Of a stretch of DNA of 64,000 nt, positions 1 to 9,616 are shown one piece after another. The position numbers were made by a program, and so were the translations under genes. The stretch spans positions 6,370-70,369 of the forward strand of contig CAMBZJ010000014.1 of the NCBI GenBank assembly GCA_945872365.1, read 5' to 3'. A model generated the notes under the pieces. The model saw only the letters and a list, made by a program, of their open reading frames with translations. It was not told where the DNA came from and searched no databases. This DNA comes from Klebsiella pneumoniae. Lineage in GTDB: Bacteria; Desulfobacterota; Binatia; UBA12015. Positions within the stretch are counted from its first letter, which is position 1, and every line of letters starts with the position of its first letter.

Positions 1-888
1 CTCGCGGTGCCCTACTCGGTCGCGTCGCTGTTCTTCTTCAGTTGCTGGGTGCGACCGGACGCCCGCTACCTCGTCGGATTCCACCTCTTCTGCGCGGCAC
101 TCCTGGTCGAGGGGGTGCTCGGCACGCTCGATCTGCTGCGCCGCCTTGCGGGTTCGGGCAACCTCGCTCTGGCGCGCTTCCTCGGGGTCTCCTTCGCGAT
201 CCTGCAACTCGGCGGCACCCTGCTCGCGTCGCGACTCGGGCCGCCTCTCGGCGTGGCGACCTGGATCTGCGCCGGCGTGGGTGCGATCGCCGCGGTCGCG
301 GCCACGAGTTGGCCGCAGCGGCGCATCGCGCGCTTCGCCGCCCCGGCCCTCGGACTCGCGCTGTTCGCGCTGGCGATGAAGACCGACTACGGCTCGATGG
401 GCCGCAACGCCGGCGTCCAGGAGCCTGAGATCCTGCGCGCCAAGGCCACGGTCGAGGCGAAGGTGCCACCCGACGCGGTGATCATCACGACCGAGGACGT
501 CGGCCGCCCCCAGGAGAACCTCGAGATCTACGCCGACCGGCGTGCGATCTACACCACCGACCTGCAGCGCTGGCAGCAGATGCGCCCGGTCGAGGCTGCC
601 TTCCGCCTGTTGCGCAACGGTCAGCGCGTCTTCCTCCTGCTGCCGACGAACCAGCCGGAGACCCAGGGCGTGCTCGACGACCTGCCGTCCGAGAACGTAC
701 TAGTGGTCGAACTGCTCGAAACCATCCCGCCCGAGCGGGCGAAGGATTGGTTCGTCGCCGCCCCCTTCCACCGGGGCGTGGAGCTCGGGCTTTGGGAGGT
801 CCGCGAGAAGGATCCCGGCGTGCACAAGGCGCTGTCGATCGGGCCGGTCCCGCAGTCGTCGCCGTCGGACGCGCCGCCGGTGCCCTGA
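1..888 (+). CDS. C-terminal part of a membrane glycosyltransferase-like protein (ArnT/PMT GT-C-like), 5'-truncated by the window edge
   Basis: Frame is open from base 1. Hydrophobic helices include a DARYL motif, followed by a soluble C-terminal domain (VPPDAVIIT...RRAIY...RVFLLL) typical of ArnT-like proteins. Confidence 0.5.
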   Translation, partial: LAVPYSVASLFFFSCWVRPDARYLVGFHLFCAALLVEGVLGTLDLLRRLAGSGNLALARFLGVSFAILQLGGTLLASRLGPPLGVATWICAGVGAIAAVAATSWPQRRIARFAAPALGLALFALAMKTDYGSMGRNAGVQEPEILRAKATVEAKVPPDAVIITTEDVGRPQENLEIYADRRAIYTTDLQRWQQMRPVEAAFRLLRNGQRVFLLLPTNQPETQGVLDDLPSENVLVVELLETIPPERAKDWFVAAPFHRGVELGLWEVREKDPGVHKALSIGPVPQSSPSDAPPVP

Positions 889-901
889 AGTCGAATCGCG
901 C

Positions 902-1387
902 TCAGGCGGCCTTCTTCGCCTCCGCGAGAGCCGCGTCCATGCCGCCGAGCAGCGAGGCCGGGTCCTTCTCGTCGTAGAAGTGCGGATAGTCCTCGCGCTT
1001 GGCCTTCACGTCCTTCCTGATCTCGCCGTCGGGCGATAGGAAGACCGTCCGGGGAACGTAATCGCCCGAAGGTGCATAGCCGTGGGCCGTCATCGCGTGC
1101 TTGTCCTTGTCCATGCGGATCATGACCAGCTGCCTGGACTTCTCGATCACGCGGGGGTCGTGGAACACGTGACTGTAATTCGTGCAGTGCGGGCACCATT
1201 CCGTGTACACGACGAGACAGACCGGCTTCCCCGACTTCTTCGCCTCGGCGAGCCCCTCGTCGAGGCTGCGCCAAGTGATCGCGCCGTCGTTCCAGTCGCC
1301 CCCGGCGCGGGCCGGTGCGGCGTGGGCGAACAGGACGGCGAGGAAGATGGGGGCGACGGCGGAGAGCAGGCGACGGCTGAGCGGCAT
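902..1387 (-). CDS. Exported thioredoxin-family protein (Thioredoxin_7, ERp18/AGR-like)
   Basis: Signal peptide MPLSRRLL...AHAAPARA; WCPHC active site; cis-Pro segment GDYVPRTVFLSPDG. ATG at 1387 is preferred over 1444. Confidence 0.85.
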   Translation of the reverse strand: MPLSRRLLSAVAPIFLAVLFAHAAPARAGGDWNDGAITWRSLDEGLAEAKKSGKPVCLVVYTEWCPHCTNYSHVFHDPRVIEKSRQLVMIRMDKDKHAMTAHGYAPSGDYVPRTVFLSPDGEIRKDVKAKREDYPHFYDEKDPASLLGGMDAALAEAKKAA

Positions 1388-1442
1388 GCGTCCGTATACC
1401 CCTGCCCGGGCGGTCCGGTCGAGCCTTTCGTGTGCACCCCGC

Positions 1443-1649
1443 ATGATCGGCCTCCTCGGCGCGGGTCGGCGCGTCTACCTGCACTGCAACGCCGGGTTCA
1501 ACCGGGCGCCGACCACGGCCATCGCCTACCTGCGGTGGCACGAAGGACTCTCGCTCGTCGAGGCCACCCGCGCGGTGAAGGAGTACCGCTCCTGCGCTCC
1601 TTACCAGCGGGCGCTGCAACTCGTCTTTCCGGGCGAGACGTTGCGCTGA
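1443..1649 (+). pseudogene. C-terminal half of a dual-specificity phosphatase (SEX4/laforin-like P-loop); N-terminal half absent
   Basis: VYLHCNAGFNRAPTTAIAYL is the HCxxGxxR signature. Only 68 aa, and the upstream in-frame sequence runs into the divergent thioredoxin gene. Confidence 0.7.
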
Positions 1650-1689
1650 AGCCCGCACGCGCGCGCCGGGTCGGGCGCGTCGTCGCGGC

Positions 1690-3510
1690 TCAGGTCTCAC
1701 GCTTGGCCTCGAGTTCGGCCCAGCGCGCGTAGAGCGCTTCGACGTGCTGCCGCGCCTTCCCGAGTTCCCGGTAACGCAGCTCGAGCAGGTCCGCGCGACT
1801 CGCGATCTCCGGATCGGCGGCAGCCGCGCCGCGTCGCTCCGACTCGGCCTCGGCTTCGAGGATTGCGGCCTCCATGCCGTCGAACTCGCGTTGTTCGAGG
1901 TAGGAGAGTCGTCGCGGGCCTGCCGCCCGGGCTCGCTTCGCCGCCTGTACCTCCGCCGGAGCGGCCCCCCTCGTGCCGCGCGGCACCCGCGCGGACCCCT
2001 CGCGTCGGGCGGCCTCCCATTGCGAACGATCGGCGAATGCAGCCGCTCCGCCCGCCCCGTCGAGTCCGATCACATGCGTCGACACCCGGTCGAACAGAAA
2101 GCGGTCGTGCGTCACCAGGATGATCGCGCCCGGGAAATCGAGAAGGCTCTCCTCGAGCGCCTCGAGGGTGTCGAGGTCGAGGTCGTTCGTCGGCTCGTCG
2201 AGGATGAGCAAGTCCGCGGGCCGCAGCATGAGCCGGGCGACGAGCACGCGCGCGCGCTCGCCACCGGACATGCGCCCCACCGGTACCTCGAGCTGGTCGC
2301 TCCCGAACAGGAAGCGCCGTGCCCAGCCCGCGACATGGATCGGTCGATCGCGGAACACCACCTGGTCGCCGTCGGGTGCGAGCGTCCGGCGCAGCGTCAC
2401 CGCGGGGTCGAGTCGTTCGCGGTCCTGATCGAAGTAGACGACGCGCAGGTCGTCGGCGAAGCGCAGCGTGCCGGAGTCCGGCGGGATCTCGCCGGCGAGC
2501 ATCCGCAAGAGCGTCGTCTTGCCGCTGCCGTTGGGGCCGAGGATGCCCAGGCGCATCCCGGCGACGATCGCCAGGTCGAGCGAGGAGATCACCACCCGGT
2601 CCCCGAAGCTCTTGCCGAGCCCTTCGGCGACGGCGAGCCGGCGTGTCTTGCGGTCGGATGCGGAGAAGTCGATCCCCGCCACCGCGGTGTGCGCCCGGTC
2701 GCGGACGTCGGCGAGTTCGGTCTGGAGCCGCTCCGCCCCGTCGATACGGGAGCGCGACTTCGTCGAGCGCGCCTTGGGGCCTCGTCGCAACCATTCGAGT
2801 TCGCGCCGCACCCGGTTCGCGAGCACCTCCTCCCGGCGCGCCTCGGTCTCGAACGACGTGGCCTTGCGCTCCAGGAACTCGGCGTAGCTGCCGCGCGAGT
2901 CGAGAAGCCCGGCGGGGTGGCGCCGGTCGAGTTCGAGCACGCGGTTGGCGATCGCTGCGAGGAAGGCGCGGTCGTGGCTCACGACGAGCCATGCGAACGA
3001 CTCCTCGCGCAGCATCCGCTCTAGCCAGAGGATCCCGTCCATGTCGAGGTGGTTCGTCGGTTCGTCGAGCAGCAGGAACTCGGGCTCACGGGCCAGTGCG
3101 CAGGCGATGGCGAGCCGCTTGCGCCAACCCCCGGAGAGACTCTCCGCCGTCGCCGACGGATCGGCGAATCCGGCCCTTCCGAGCGCGACACGTACCCGTG
3201 TGTGGCGCGTGCTCTCGTCGAGTCCCGTGTCCGCGAGACTCGCCTCGAGGATACCTTCGGCGGTCGTCGATGGCGCGAATGTCGGGTGCTGCGGCACGTG
3301 CGCGAGGACGAGTCCGCGACGCGCCGAGACGGTCCCGGAGTCGGGGCTCTCGAGGCCGGCGAGGATCGCGAGCAGCGTCGACTTCCCGCTGCCGTTGGGG
3401 CCCACCAGTCCGACCCGGTCGCCCTCGAAGAAGCCGAAGGAGAGGTCTCGGAACAGCGGTCCGGCGCCGAAGGCCTTGGTGATCGACTGGCAGCCGAGGA
3501 GAATGGACAC
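1690..3510 (-). CDS. uup: ABC-F family ATPase Uup
   Basis: Two ABC cassettes (GPNGSGKS/GPNGSGKT, LSGG/MSGG, LDEPTNHLD/LDEPTNDLD), linker WLRRGPKARSTKS, C-terminal coiled coil LSYLEQRE...LYARWAELE, no TM segments. Start GTG 3510 or ATG 3537. Confidence 0.9.
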   Translation of the reverse strand: MSILLGCQSITKAFGAGPLFRDLSFGFFEGDRVGLVGPNGSGKSTLLAILAGLESPDSGTVSARRGLVLAHVPQHPTFAPSTTAEGILEASLADTGLDESTRHTRVRVALGRAGFADPSATAESLSGGWRKRLAIACALAREPEFLLLDEPTNHLDMDGILWLERMLREESFAWLVVSHDRAFLAAIANRVLELDRRHPAGLLDSRGSYAEFLERKATSFETEARREEVLANRVRRELEWLRRGPKARSTKSRSRIDGAERLQTELADVRDRAHTAVAGIDFSASDRKTRRLAVAEGLGKSFGDRVVISSLDLAIVAGMRLGILGPNGSGKTTLLRMLAGEIPPDSGTLRFADDLRVVYFDQDRERLDPAVTLRRTLAPDGDQVVFRDRPIHVAGWARRFLFGSDQLEVPVGRMSGGERARVLVARLMLRPADLLILDEPTNDLDLDTLEALEESLLDFPGAIILVTHDRFLFDRVSTHVIGLDGAGGAAAFADRSQWEAARREGSARVPRGTRGAAPAEVQAAKRARAAGPRRLSYLEQREFDGMEAAILEAEAESERRGAAAADPEIASRADLLELRYRELGKARQHVEALYARWAELEAKRET

Positions 3511-3540
3511 GTTTGGCAAAGCGCCCGACCGGCGCATCCC

Positions 3541-4977
3541 CTAGAGGTTGATCGTGCTGCCCGTGACGGCGAGCGCGGCTTCCTTGATCGCCTCGGGCAG
3601 CGTGGGGTGGGCGTGGCAGGTGCGCGCCACGTCCTCGCTCGATGCCCCCATGGCGATGGCGAGCGCGAGTTCGGCGACGAGGTTCGAGGCCTGTGCGCCG
3701 ATGACGTGTGCGCCGAGGATGCGGTCGGTCCTGGCGTCGGCGATGATTTTCACCGCCCCCTCGGTCGCGGCCATCGTCCGCGCGCGCGCGTTGGCGACGA
3801 AGGGCACGCGGCCGATCCGGACGTCGAGTCCCCGCTCGGTGCACTGCTCCTCGGTGAGCCCGACACCGGCCGCCTCGGGCTCCGTGTACACCACGTTCGG
3901 AATCGCATCGTGGTCGACGTGGCCGGCGCGCCCGGCCATGATCTCGACGCAGGCGACGCCTTCCTCCTCCGCCTTGTGCGCGAGCATCGGACCGGGGACG
4001 ACATCGCCGATCGCGAAGACGCCGGGAACGCTGGTCTCGAAGCGCTCGTTCACGAGGACCCGGCCACGCCCGTCCTTCGTCACCCCGAGATCCTCGAGGC
4101 CCACGCCCTCGGACCGGGGTCGACGCCCGACCGCGACGAGCACGACGTCGGCCGCGACATATTCGCGGGTACCGTCCTTCGCGGCTACCGCAAGCCTGAC
4201 GCCGTCGCCCACGAGCTCGGCCGACTCGACCATGGTCTCGAAGCGGAAGGCCATGCCCTGGGCCTTGAGTGCCCGTTCGAGGAGCCGTGCAATCTCGCGG
4301 TCCATGCCCGGCACGCAGCCGGCCGTGAGTTCGACGACCGTCACGTGCGCGCCGAGCCGGCGCCACACCGAGCCGAGCTCGAGCCCGATCGCCCCCGCAC
4401 CCACCACGACCATCTCGCGCGGCACCTCGGCGAGTTGCAGCGCCGCCGTCGAGTCGATGATCCGACGACCGTCGAAGGGCATCCCGGGGAGTTCGATCGG
4501 AACGCTGCCCGTCGCGACCAGGAGGCGCGGTGCCGCGATCTCCCGCGCCGAGCCGTCGGCGCCGGTCACGACCACGGTTCCCGGGAGCGCGATGCGGGCC
4601 TCCCCGGTGATCGGGACGACGCCGTACTTCTTGAACAGCCCCGCGATTCCGCGCGTGAGGACCGTGACCACCTTGTCCTTGCGCTTCATCATCGCACCGA
4701 GGTCGATGCGCACTCCGTCGACGATGATGCCGTGCTCGGCCATGTGACTGGTGGCGAACTCGAAGTGCTCGCTCGAGGCGAGAAGCGCCTTGCTCGGGAT
4801 GCAGCCGACGTTCAGGCAGACCCCGCCGAGGGTCGGGTCCTTTTCGACGCAGGCGGTCCGCAGCCCGAGTTGTGCCGCCCGGATCGCGGCGACGTAGCCG
4901 CCCGGGCCCGCGCCGATCACGATAAGGTCGAAGCTCGATTCGCCGGTCGTCGCCGGTTCGCTGCCACGCGTCGCCAC
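3541..4977 (-). CDS. lpdA: Dihydrolipoyl dehydrogenase (E3)
   Basis: GAGPGGYVAAIRAAQLG, redox CLNVGCIPSK, GAGAIGLE, C-terminal HAHPTLPE. GTG 4977 preceded by GAGGAG. Confidence 0.96.
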   Translation of the reverse strand: MATRGSEPATTGESSFDLIVIGAGPGGYVAAIRAAQLGLRTACVEKDPTLGGVCLNVGCIPSKALLASSEHFEFATSHMAEHGIIVDGVRIDLGAMMKRKDKVVTVLTRGIAGLFKKYGVVPITGEARIALPGTVVVTGADGSAREIAAPRLLVATGSVPIELPGMPFDGRRIIDSTAALQLAEVPREMVVVGAGAIGLELGSVWRRLGAHVTVVELTAGCVPGMDREIARLLERALKAQGMAFRFETMVESAELVGDGVRLAVAAKDGTREYVAADVVLVAVGRRPRSEGVGLEDLGVTKDGRGRVLVNERFETSVPGVFAIGDVVPGPMLAHKAEEEGVACVEIMAGRAGHVDHDAIPNVVYTEPEAAGVGLTEEQCTERGLDVRIGRVPFVANARARTMAATEGAVKIIADARTDRILGAHVIGAQASNLVAELALAIAMGASSEDVARTCHAHPTLPEAIKEAALAVTGSTINL

Positions 4978-5209
4978 GTTCTCTCCTCTTCTCGGGGTGT
5001 GGCTTCGACGATAACCGTCGCGGGGGGAGATCCCAAAGGCCGCCGCGGGCGAAGGGCGCGGCGGCCCGCGCCCCGCCGGTGGCGGGCTCGTGGCCCGGCG
5101 ATGCGAAGCGGGACCGGTCCGGGCACCCCACGCGCCGCGCGGCGCGCCGCTTGCCCGGGGTGCCGCGATCGTCGTACGAGTGCGATTTGTAGGGGACGTC
5201 GAGACGCGC

Positions 5210-6898
5210 ATGGAACGGAGCAATTCGCGCCCCCTGCGCTTCCTGGCCGCCGTCGCCTTGATCGCGCTGCTCTTCGCGGCCGGTTTCGCCCCGGGACTCG
5301 GAGCGCCCTTCGAGCGCGACGAGGGCGAGTATGCGCACGCGGCCGACCTGCTCGCCTCGGGAGGACTGCCCTATCGCGACACCTTCCTGCAGAAGCCGCC
5401 CGGCATCTTCCTGGTCTACGCCGCCGTGCAGTCGATCGCGGGTCGGTCGGACACGGCGATCCACCTGTCGGCGCTCGCTTCCTATCTCGGTGCGGTGCTG
5501 GTGCTCGCGGCGCTAGCACGTCGGCTCGGTGGGGATCTCGCCGGTGTACTCGCCGCCCTGCTCGCGGTTCTCGGGTTCCTCTCGCCGCTGAACGAACCGC
5601 ATCCCGCCAACACCGAGGCCTTCCTCATCCTGCCCGCGACCGCTGCCTACGCGATCCTGGTGCGTGCATGGGACGTCGCGCGTGCTGGCGGCGAACGGCA
5701 TCGCCTGGTCCGGCTCGCATCGGCGAGCGGTCTCTGCCTGGGGATCGCGTCGCTGTTCAAGCAGGTCGCGCTCGCCCATGCGCCGCATCTCCTGCTGGGC
5801 TGGCTGCTCGTCGCACGGCTGCGGCGTGAGCGCTCTATCCTCGCCCTGGCGTTCGTCGCGACCACGATCCTGCCGTGGGCGCTCGCACTCTCCCCCTGGT
5901 GGGCCGCCGGTGCGCTTGGCGATTTCCTCGAAGGCGTCCTCCTCCACAACCTGCGCTACGTCGCTTTCAACCCCGAGGGCGGCTTCGGCGAACTGCTGGC
6001 GCGACGGGTGGCCGTCGCCTCGCTCTTCGATCGGCTGTTCTGGATCGCCGGCGTCGCGGGCGCGGTCGCGCTTGCGGCGCTCGGCCGTCGGCGAGGCGCC
6101 TTCGTCGCGGCGGGATGGCTCGCCACCGCCGTGCTCGGCGTCTCCGCCGGCGGTTACTTCCGGGGCCACTACCTGCTCCAGGCGGTCCCGCCGCTCGCCC
6201 TCTCGGCGGCGCTCGCGGCATCGTCGCTGCCTTCGCCGCTCGCCCTCGTCGCGGCGACCGGGCTGGTCGCCACCTGGGTCGCAGCGCGTCCCGTCGACAT
6301 CGGTGCGGATGCGGCCGCGCAGTCCTTCGCACGCTACGCAGGGATGCGCTTCGCGAACGGCCCGGCGATCGGACGCATCCTGGCAAGCGATGCCGCCGCT
6401 CGCGGATGGCGGACGCTTTTCGTCCTCGGCTCGGAGCCGCAGCTCCTCCACTACTCGGGACTGCTTGCGGTCACGAGGTGGGTGATCGCGAGTCCGCTCA
6501 CCGGTGGTCATGCCGGCTCGCGCGAGCGCCAGGAGGAGACGTGGGAGGCGGTTCGGCGCGCCCACCCGGACTACGTCGTCGTCTCCGTGCCGGCGGCGGT
6601 ACCGATGTTCCGGCATTCCGACACCTTCCTCTGGGGGAGGGTGGTGGACCTCGTGCGGCGCGACTACGAACCTCTGGGCAAGACCTCGGCCGTCCACCGC
6701 GGAGTGATGCGACCGGGCGCCGACGTCCCGCCGGATTTCGTCCCCGACCTCTGGATCTTCCGCCGCCGCGCCGCGGGCGGCCCCACTGTCGATGCGGACG
6801 GTGCACCCGCAACGGCCGTGGCCCCGTCGGAGATCGACTGGCCGCCGTCGGACCCGGCGCCCGAAGCGCTCCTGCGCGGAAATCCCCCTGCGCGCTGA
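5210..6898 (+). CDS. Glycosyltransferase family 39 / ArnT-like membrane protein
   Basis: ERDEGEY after TM1, QKPPG, ANTE, FKQ, HYLLQ motifs; multi-TM with a periplasmic C-terminal domain. Confidence 0.8.
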   Translation: MERSNSRPLRFLAAVALIALLFAAGFAPGLGAPFERDEGEYAHAADLLASGGLPYRDTFLQKPPGIFLVYAAVQSIAGRSDTAIHLSALASYLGAVLVLAALARRLGGDLAGVLAALLAVLGFLSPLNEPHPANTEAFLILPATAAYAILVRAWDVARAGGERHRLVRLASASGLCLGIASLFKQVALAHAPHLLLGWLLVARLRRERSILALAFVATTILPWALALSPWWAAGALGDFLEGVLLHNLRYVAFNPEGGFGELLARRVAVASLFDRLFWIAGVAGAVALAALGRRRGAFVAAGWLATAVLGVSAGGYFRGHYLLQAVPPLALSAALAASSLPSPLALVAATGLVATWVAARPVDIGADAAAQSFARYAGMRFANGPAIGRILASDAAARGWRTLFVLGSEPQLLHYSGLLAVTRWVIASPLTGGHAGSRERQEETWEAVRRAHPDYVVVSVPAAVPMFRHSDTFLWGRVVDLVRRDYEPLGKTSAVHRGVMRPGADVPPDFVPDLWIFRRRAAGGPTVDADGAPATAVAPSEIDWPPSDPAPEALLRGNPPAR

Positions 6899-6921
6899 TC
6901 CGCATCGCGCGCCGCTCGCCC

Positions 6922-7644
6922 TCAGGCGAGGTTGTGGAAGACGCGCTGGACGTCGTCGTCCTGCTCGATCGCGTCGACGAGTTTCAGCACTTCGGTCGCC
7001 TTTTCCTCGGGCAGGCTCACCCCGGTCTGTGCGACGTACTCCGACTCCACCGAGATCGGTGCGAGTCCCCGGTCCTCGATCGCCTTCTGGAGTCGTCCGA
7101 AGTCGGTGAAGCCGCAGCGGATCACGAGCTGCGGCTCGCCCTTCTCGCCGGTGCCCTCGCCCATCTCCTCGAGGCCGTGATCGATCAGGTCGAGTTCGAG
7201 CGACTCCTGGTCGATGCTGTCGGGCTTCAGCCGGAACACGCCCATCCGCTTGAAGAGGAAACCGACGCTCCCCGAGGAGCCGAGGTTGCCGCCGTACTTG
7301 TTGAAGTGCCCGCGCACGTTGGCGACGGTGCGGGTCGGGTTGTCGGTCGCCGTCTCGACCAAAACCGCGATGCCGTTGGGCCCGTATCCCTCGTAGAGGA
7401 CTTCCTGGTAGTCGGCCGCCGACTGTCCGGAAGCGCGCTTGATCGCCGCCTCGATGCGGTCCTTGGGCATGTTCACCGCCCGCGCGTTCTGGATCGAGCG
7501 GCGCAGCACCGGGTTGCCGTCAGGGTTGGGGCCCCCGGCTTTCACGGCGATCGCGACGTCCTTGCCGATGCGTGTGAACGCCTTGGACATCCGGTCCCAG
7601 CGGGCGAACATCGTGGCCTTGCGCGTCTCGAAAATGCGTCCCAT
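6922..7644 (-). CDS. yebC: YebC/PmpR family protein
   Basis: [39 protein letters not shown]. Confidence 0.95.
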   Translation of the reverse strand: MGRIFETRKATMFARWDRMSKAFTRIGKDVAIAVKAGGPNPDGNPVLRRSIQNARAVNMPKDRIEAAIKRASGQSAADYQEVLYEGYGPNGIAVLVETATDNPTRTVANVRGHFNKYGGNLGSSGSVGFLFKRMGVFRLKPDSIDQESLELDLIDHGLEEMGEGTGEKGEPQLVIRCGFTDFGRLQKAIEDRGLAPISVESEYVAQTGVSLPEEKATEVLKLVDAIEQDDDVQRVFHNLA

Positions 7645-7806
7645 CGGATCTTCTCTTCCTTCCGTTGCCTGCCTGCTCGGGCGACCGATCGCCGGGGGCT
7701 TTCGCGCGCGGGGGCCGGAGGGGGAGTGTCGCTCGCGGGCCGGCGCGCTTCAACGCGGCGTCGCACCTGCCGGGAGGCGGGTCCGTGAGGTAGGCTCCCA
7801 AGTGCG

Positions 7807-8895
7807 ATGAAAGCCTCGCGTGTCGGCCGGTGGAGGGCCCTGCCCGGCGTGGCGGCCGGCTTGGGTGCGGCCGCGCTCTTCGGCGCCGGCGCGCCGACGG
7901 CGAAACTGCTGCTGCGCGACCTGCCGCCGATCGTCCTGAGTTCCCTGCTCTACCTGGGAGCCGGACTCGGGCTATCCGCGACGTCCGTCGCGCTGCGGCT
8001 CCTCGGTTTCGGCCCATCGCCGGCGCGAATGCGCCGTGCGGACCTCCCGCGGCTCCTCTGGATCGCCCTCTGCGGCGGGGTGATCGGCCCGCTGCTCCTG
8101 CTTTGGGGACTCGCTCGGGTGTCGGCGGTAGCGGGGTCCCTGCTGCTCAACCTGGAGGTGCCGTTCACGATCGCGCTCGCAGTCCTCGTGTTCGGCGAAC
8201 CCTTCGGGCGGCGCGAGAGCGCGGCCACGGCACTGATCCTCGTCGGCCTCCTCGCACTGGCGGCGCGCGGTAGAGACGGCGTTCACGTCGACCCGGCAGG
8301 TGTGCTGGCGATCGTCGGCGCCTGCGCCAGCTGGGCGATCGACAACAACCTGACCCAGCGGCTCTCCTCGCGTGACGCGCTCGGTGTCGCTCGCGCGAAG
8401 GGCCTGCTCGCGGGCACCGCGAGCCTGCTGCTCGCCGTGGCCTCGGGGGCCTCGGTACCGGCGCCGCGCACGGTGGCGCTGGCGCTCTGTGTCGGCTTTG
8501 CCAGTTACGGGCTGAGTCTCGTCCTGTCGGTCATGGCAATGCGTTCGCTCGGCGCCGCACGGCAGACGGCGCTCTTCGCGACGGCTCCGTTCGTCGGCGC
8601 GCTGGTCGCCGTCCCGCTGCTCGGCGAGAGCATCGGCGCACGCGAGGCCATGGCGGCCCTCGGCATGGCGCTCGGCGTCGGCATCCTGGTCTTGGCCGAA
8701 CACCCGCAGCTTCACCAACACGATCCGCTGGAACACGAACACCAGCACCGGTACGACGCCCACCACCTGCACGAGCATCTCGTCTCGGATCCGCCGGGGG
8801 AGCCGCACCGGCACGCCCATCGCCACGGGCTGCTGCGCCATGCGCACCCCTGGACGCCCGACGCCCACCATCAAAGCCCGCGCGAGGAAGACTGA
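7807..8895 (+). CDS. DMT/EamA family transporter with His-rich C-terminal tail
   Basis: Two EamA repeats (LLYLGAGLG, SLLLNLE, WAIDNNLT, LGAARQ..FATAPF); 18 His in the last about 65 aa. Confidence 0.88.
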   Translation: MKASRVGRWRALPGVAAGLGAAALFGAGAPTAKLLLRDLPPIVLSSLLYLGAGLGLSATSVALRLLGFGPSPARMRRADLPRLLWIALCGGVIGPLLLLWGLARVSAVAGSLLLNLEVPFTIALAVLVFGEPFGRRESAATALILVGLLALAARGRDGVHVDPAGVLAIVGACASWAIDNNLTQRLSSRDALGVARAKGLLAGTASLLLAVASGASVPAPRTVALALCVGFASYGLSLVLSVMAMRSLGAARQTALFATAPFVGALVAVPLLGESIGAREAMAALGMALGVGILVLAEHPQLHQHDPLEHEHQHRYDAHHLHEHLVSDPPGEPHRHAHRHGLLRHAHPWTPDAHHQSPREED

Positions 8896-8920
8896 GAAGC
8901 CGGCCCGGCGCGCGCTGGGG

Positions 8921-9616
8921 TCACCAGCCCCAGCGTCGGCTGGTGCGGGTCGGGGACGCCTGCCCAGCGGGCCCGACGGCGGTGGTCGCGGGTGCGTCGG
9001 GCGGCGCGACCACCAGCGGAAACAGCCAGCGCATGCCGAGGCCCAGTCCGACGAGTGCGAGCGGCCAGAGCGATGGCTCGACCCCGGTGGTGGCCACCCG
9101 GTCGCGAAGCGCGTCGAGGTCGAGACCGGCCGGCGCGAGCCAGGACGTTCCCGCGTAGGCTCCGAGCAGAAGAGCCCCGCTCGCGACCAGCAGCCGCGAG
9201 GTCGCTCGGCGCAGGCGGCTTGTCGGGCGGCGTACCATCGCGAAGCCGGCCGCGAGGCCGAGGGCGTAGAACGGCAGAGCCCAGGCGACGAGGAGCAGCC
9301 CCAGCAGGGCGAGTTGCCAGGAGAGCGTCGAGATCGCTTCTCCCTCCGTGCCGGCGAATGCGAGCCACGGCAGCTTGCCGAGCGGCAGCAGCGCGACGCC
9401 GGCGGCCATGAGCAGGGGCTTCGCCGTCGTCGACTGGGCGGCGCGCACTGCGACCGCCGCCAGGATCGCGAAGCCGATCCGCACCAGGTGCGACCACGTC
9501 CCTTGCTCGCCCCGCGCCTGCAGGCGACGCACGCGCTTGCGCGAGAAGAAAAGCGCACTGGCCACGACGGCCGCGTGCGTCAGGACCGTAGACGACGAGG
9601 GAATGGCGAGAGTCAC
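8921..9616 (-). CDS. Hypothetical membrane protein, translationally coupled to sucB
   Basis: GTG start overlaps the sucB stop (GTGA); about 6 hydrophobic segments; no recognised motif. Confidence 0.5.
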   Translation of the reverse strand: MTLAIPSSSTVLTHAAVVASALFFSRKRVRRLQARGEQGTWSHLVRIGFAILAAVAVRAAQSTTAKPLLMAAGVALLPLGKLPWLAFAGTEGEAISTLSWQLALLGLLLVAWALPFYALGLAAGFAMVRRPTSRLRRATSRLLVASGALLLGAYAGTSWLAPAGLDLDALRDRVATTGVEPSLWPLALVGLGLGMRWLFPLVVAPPDAPATTAVGPAGQASPTRTSRRWGW

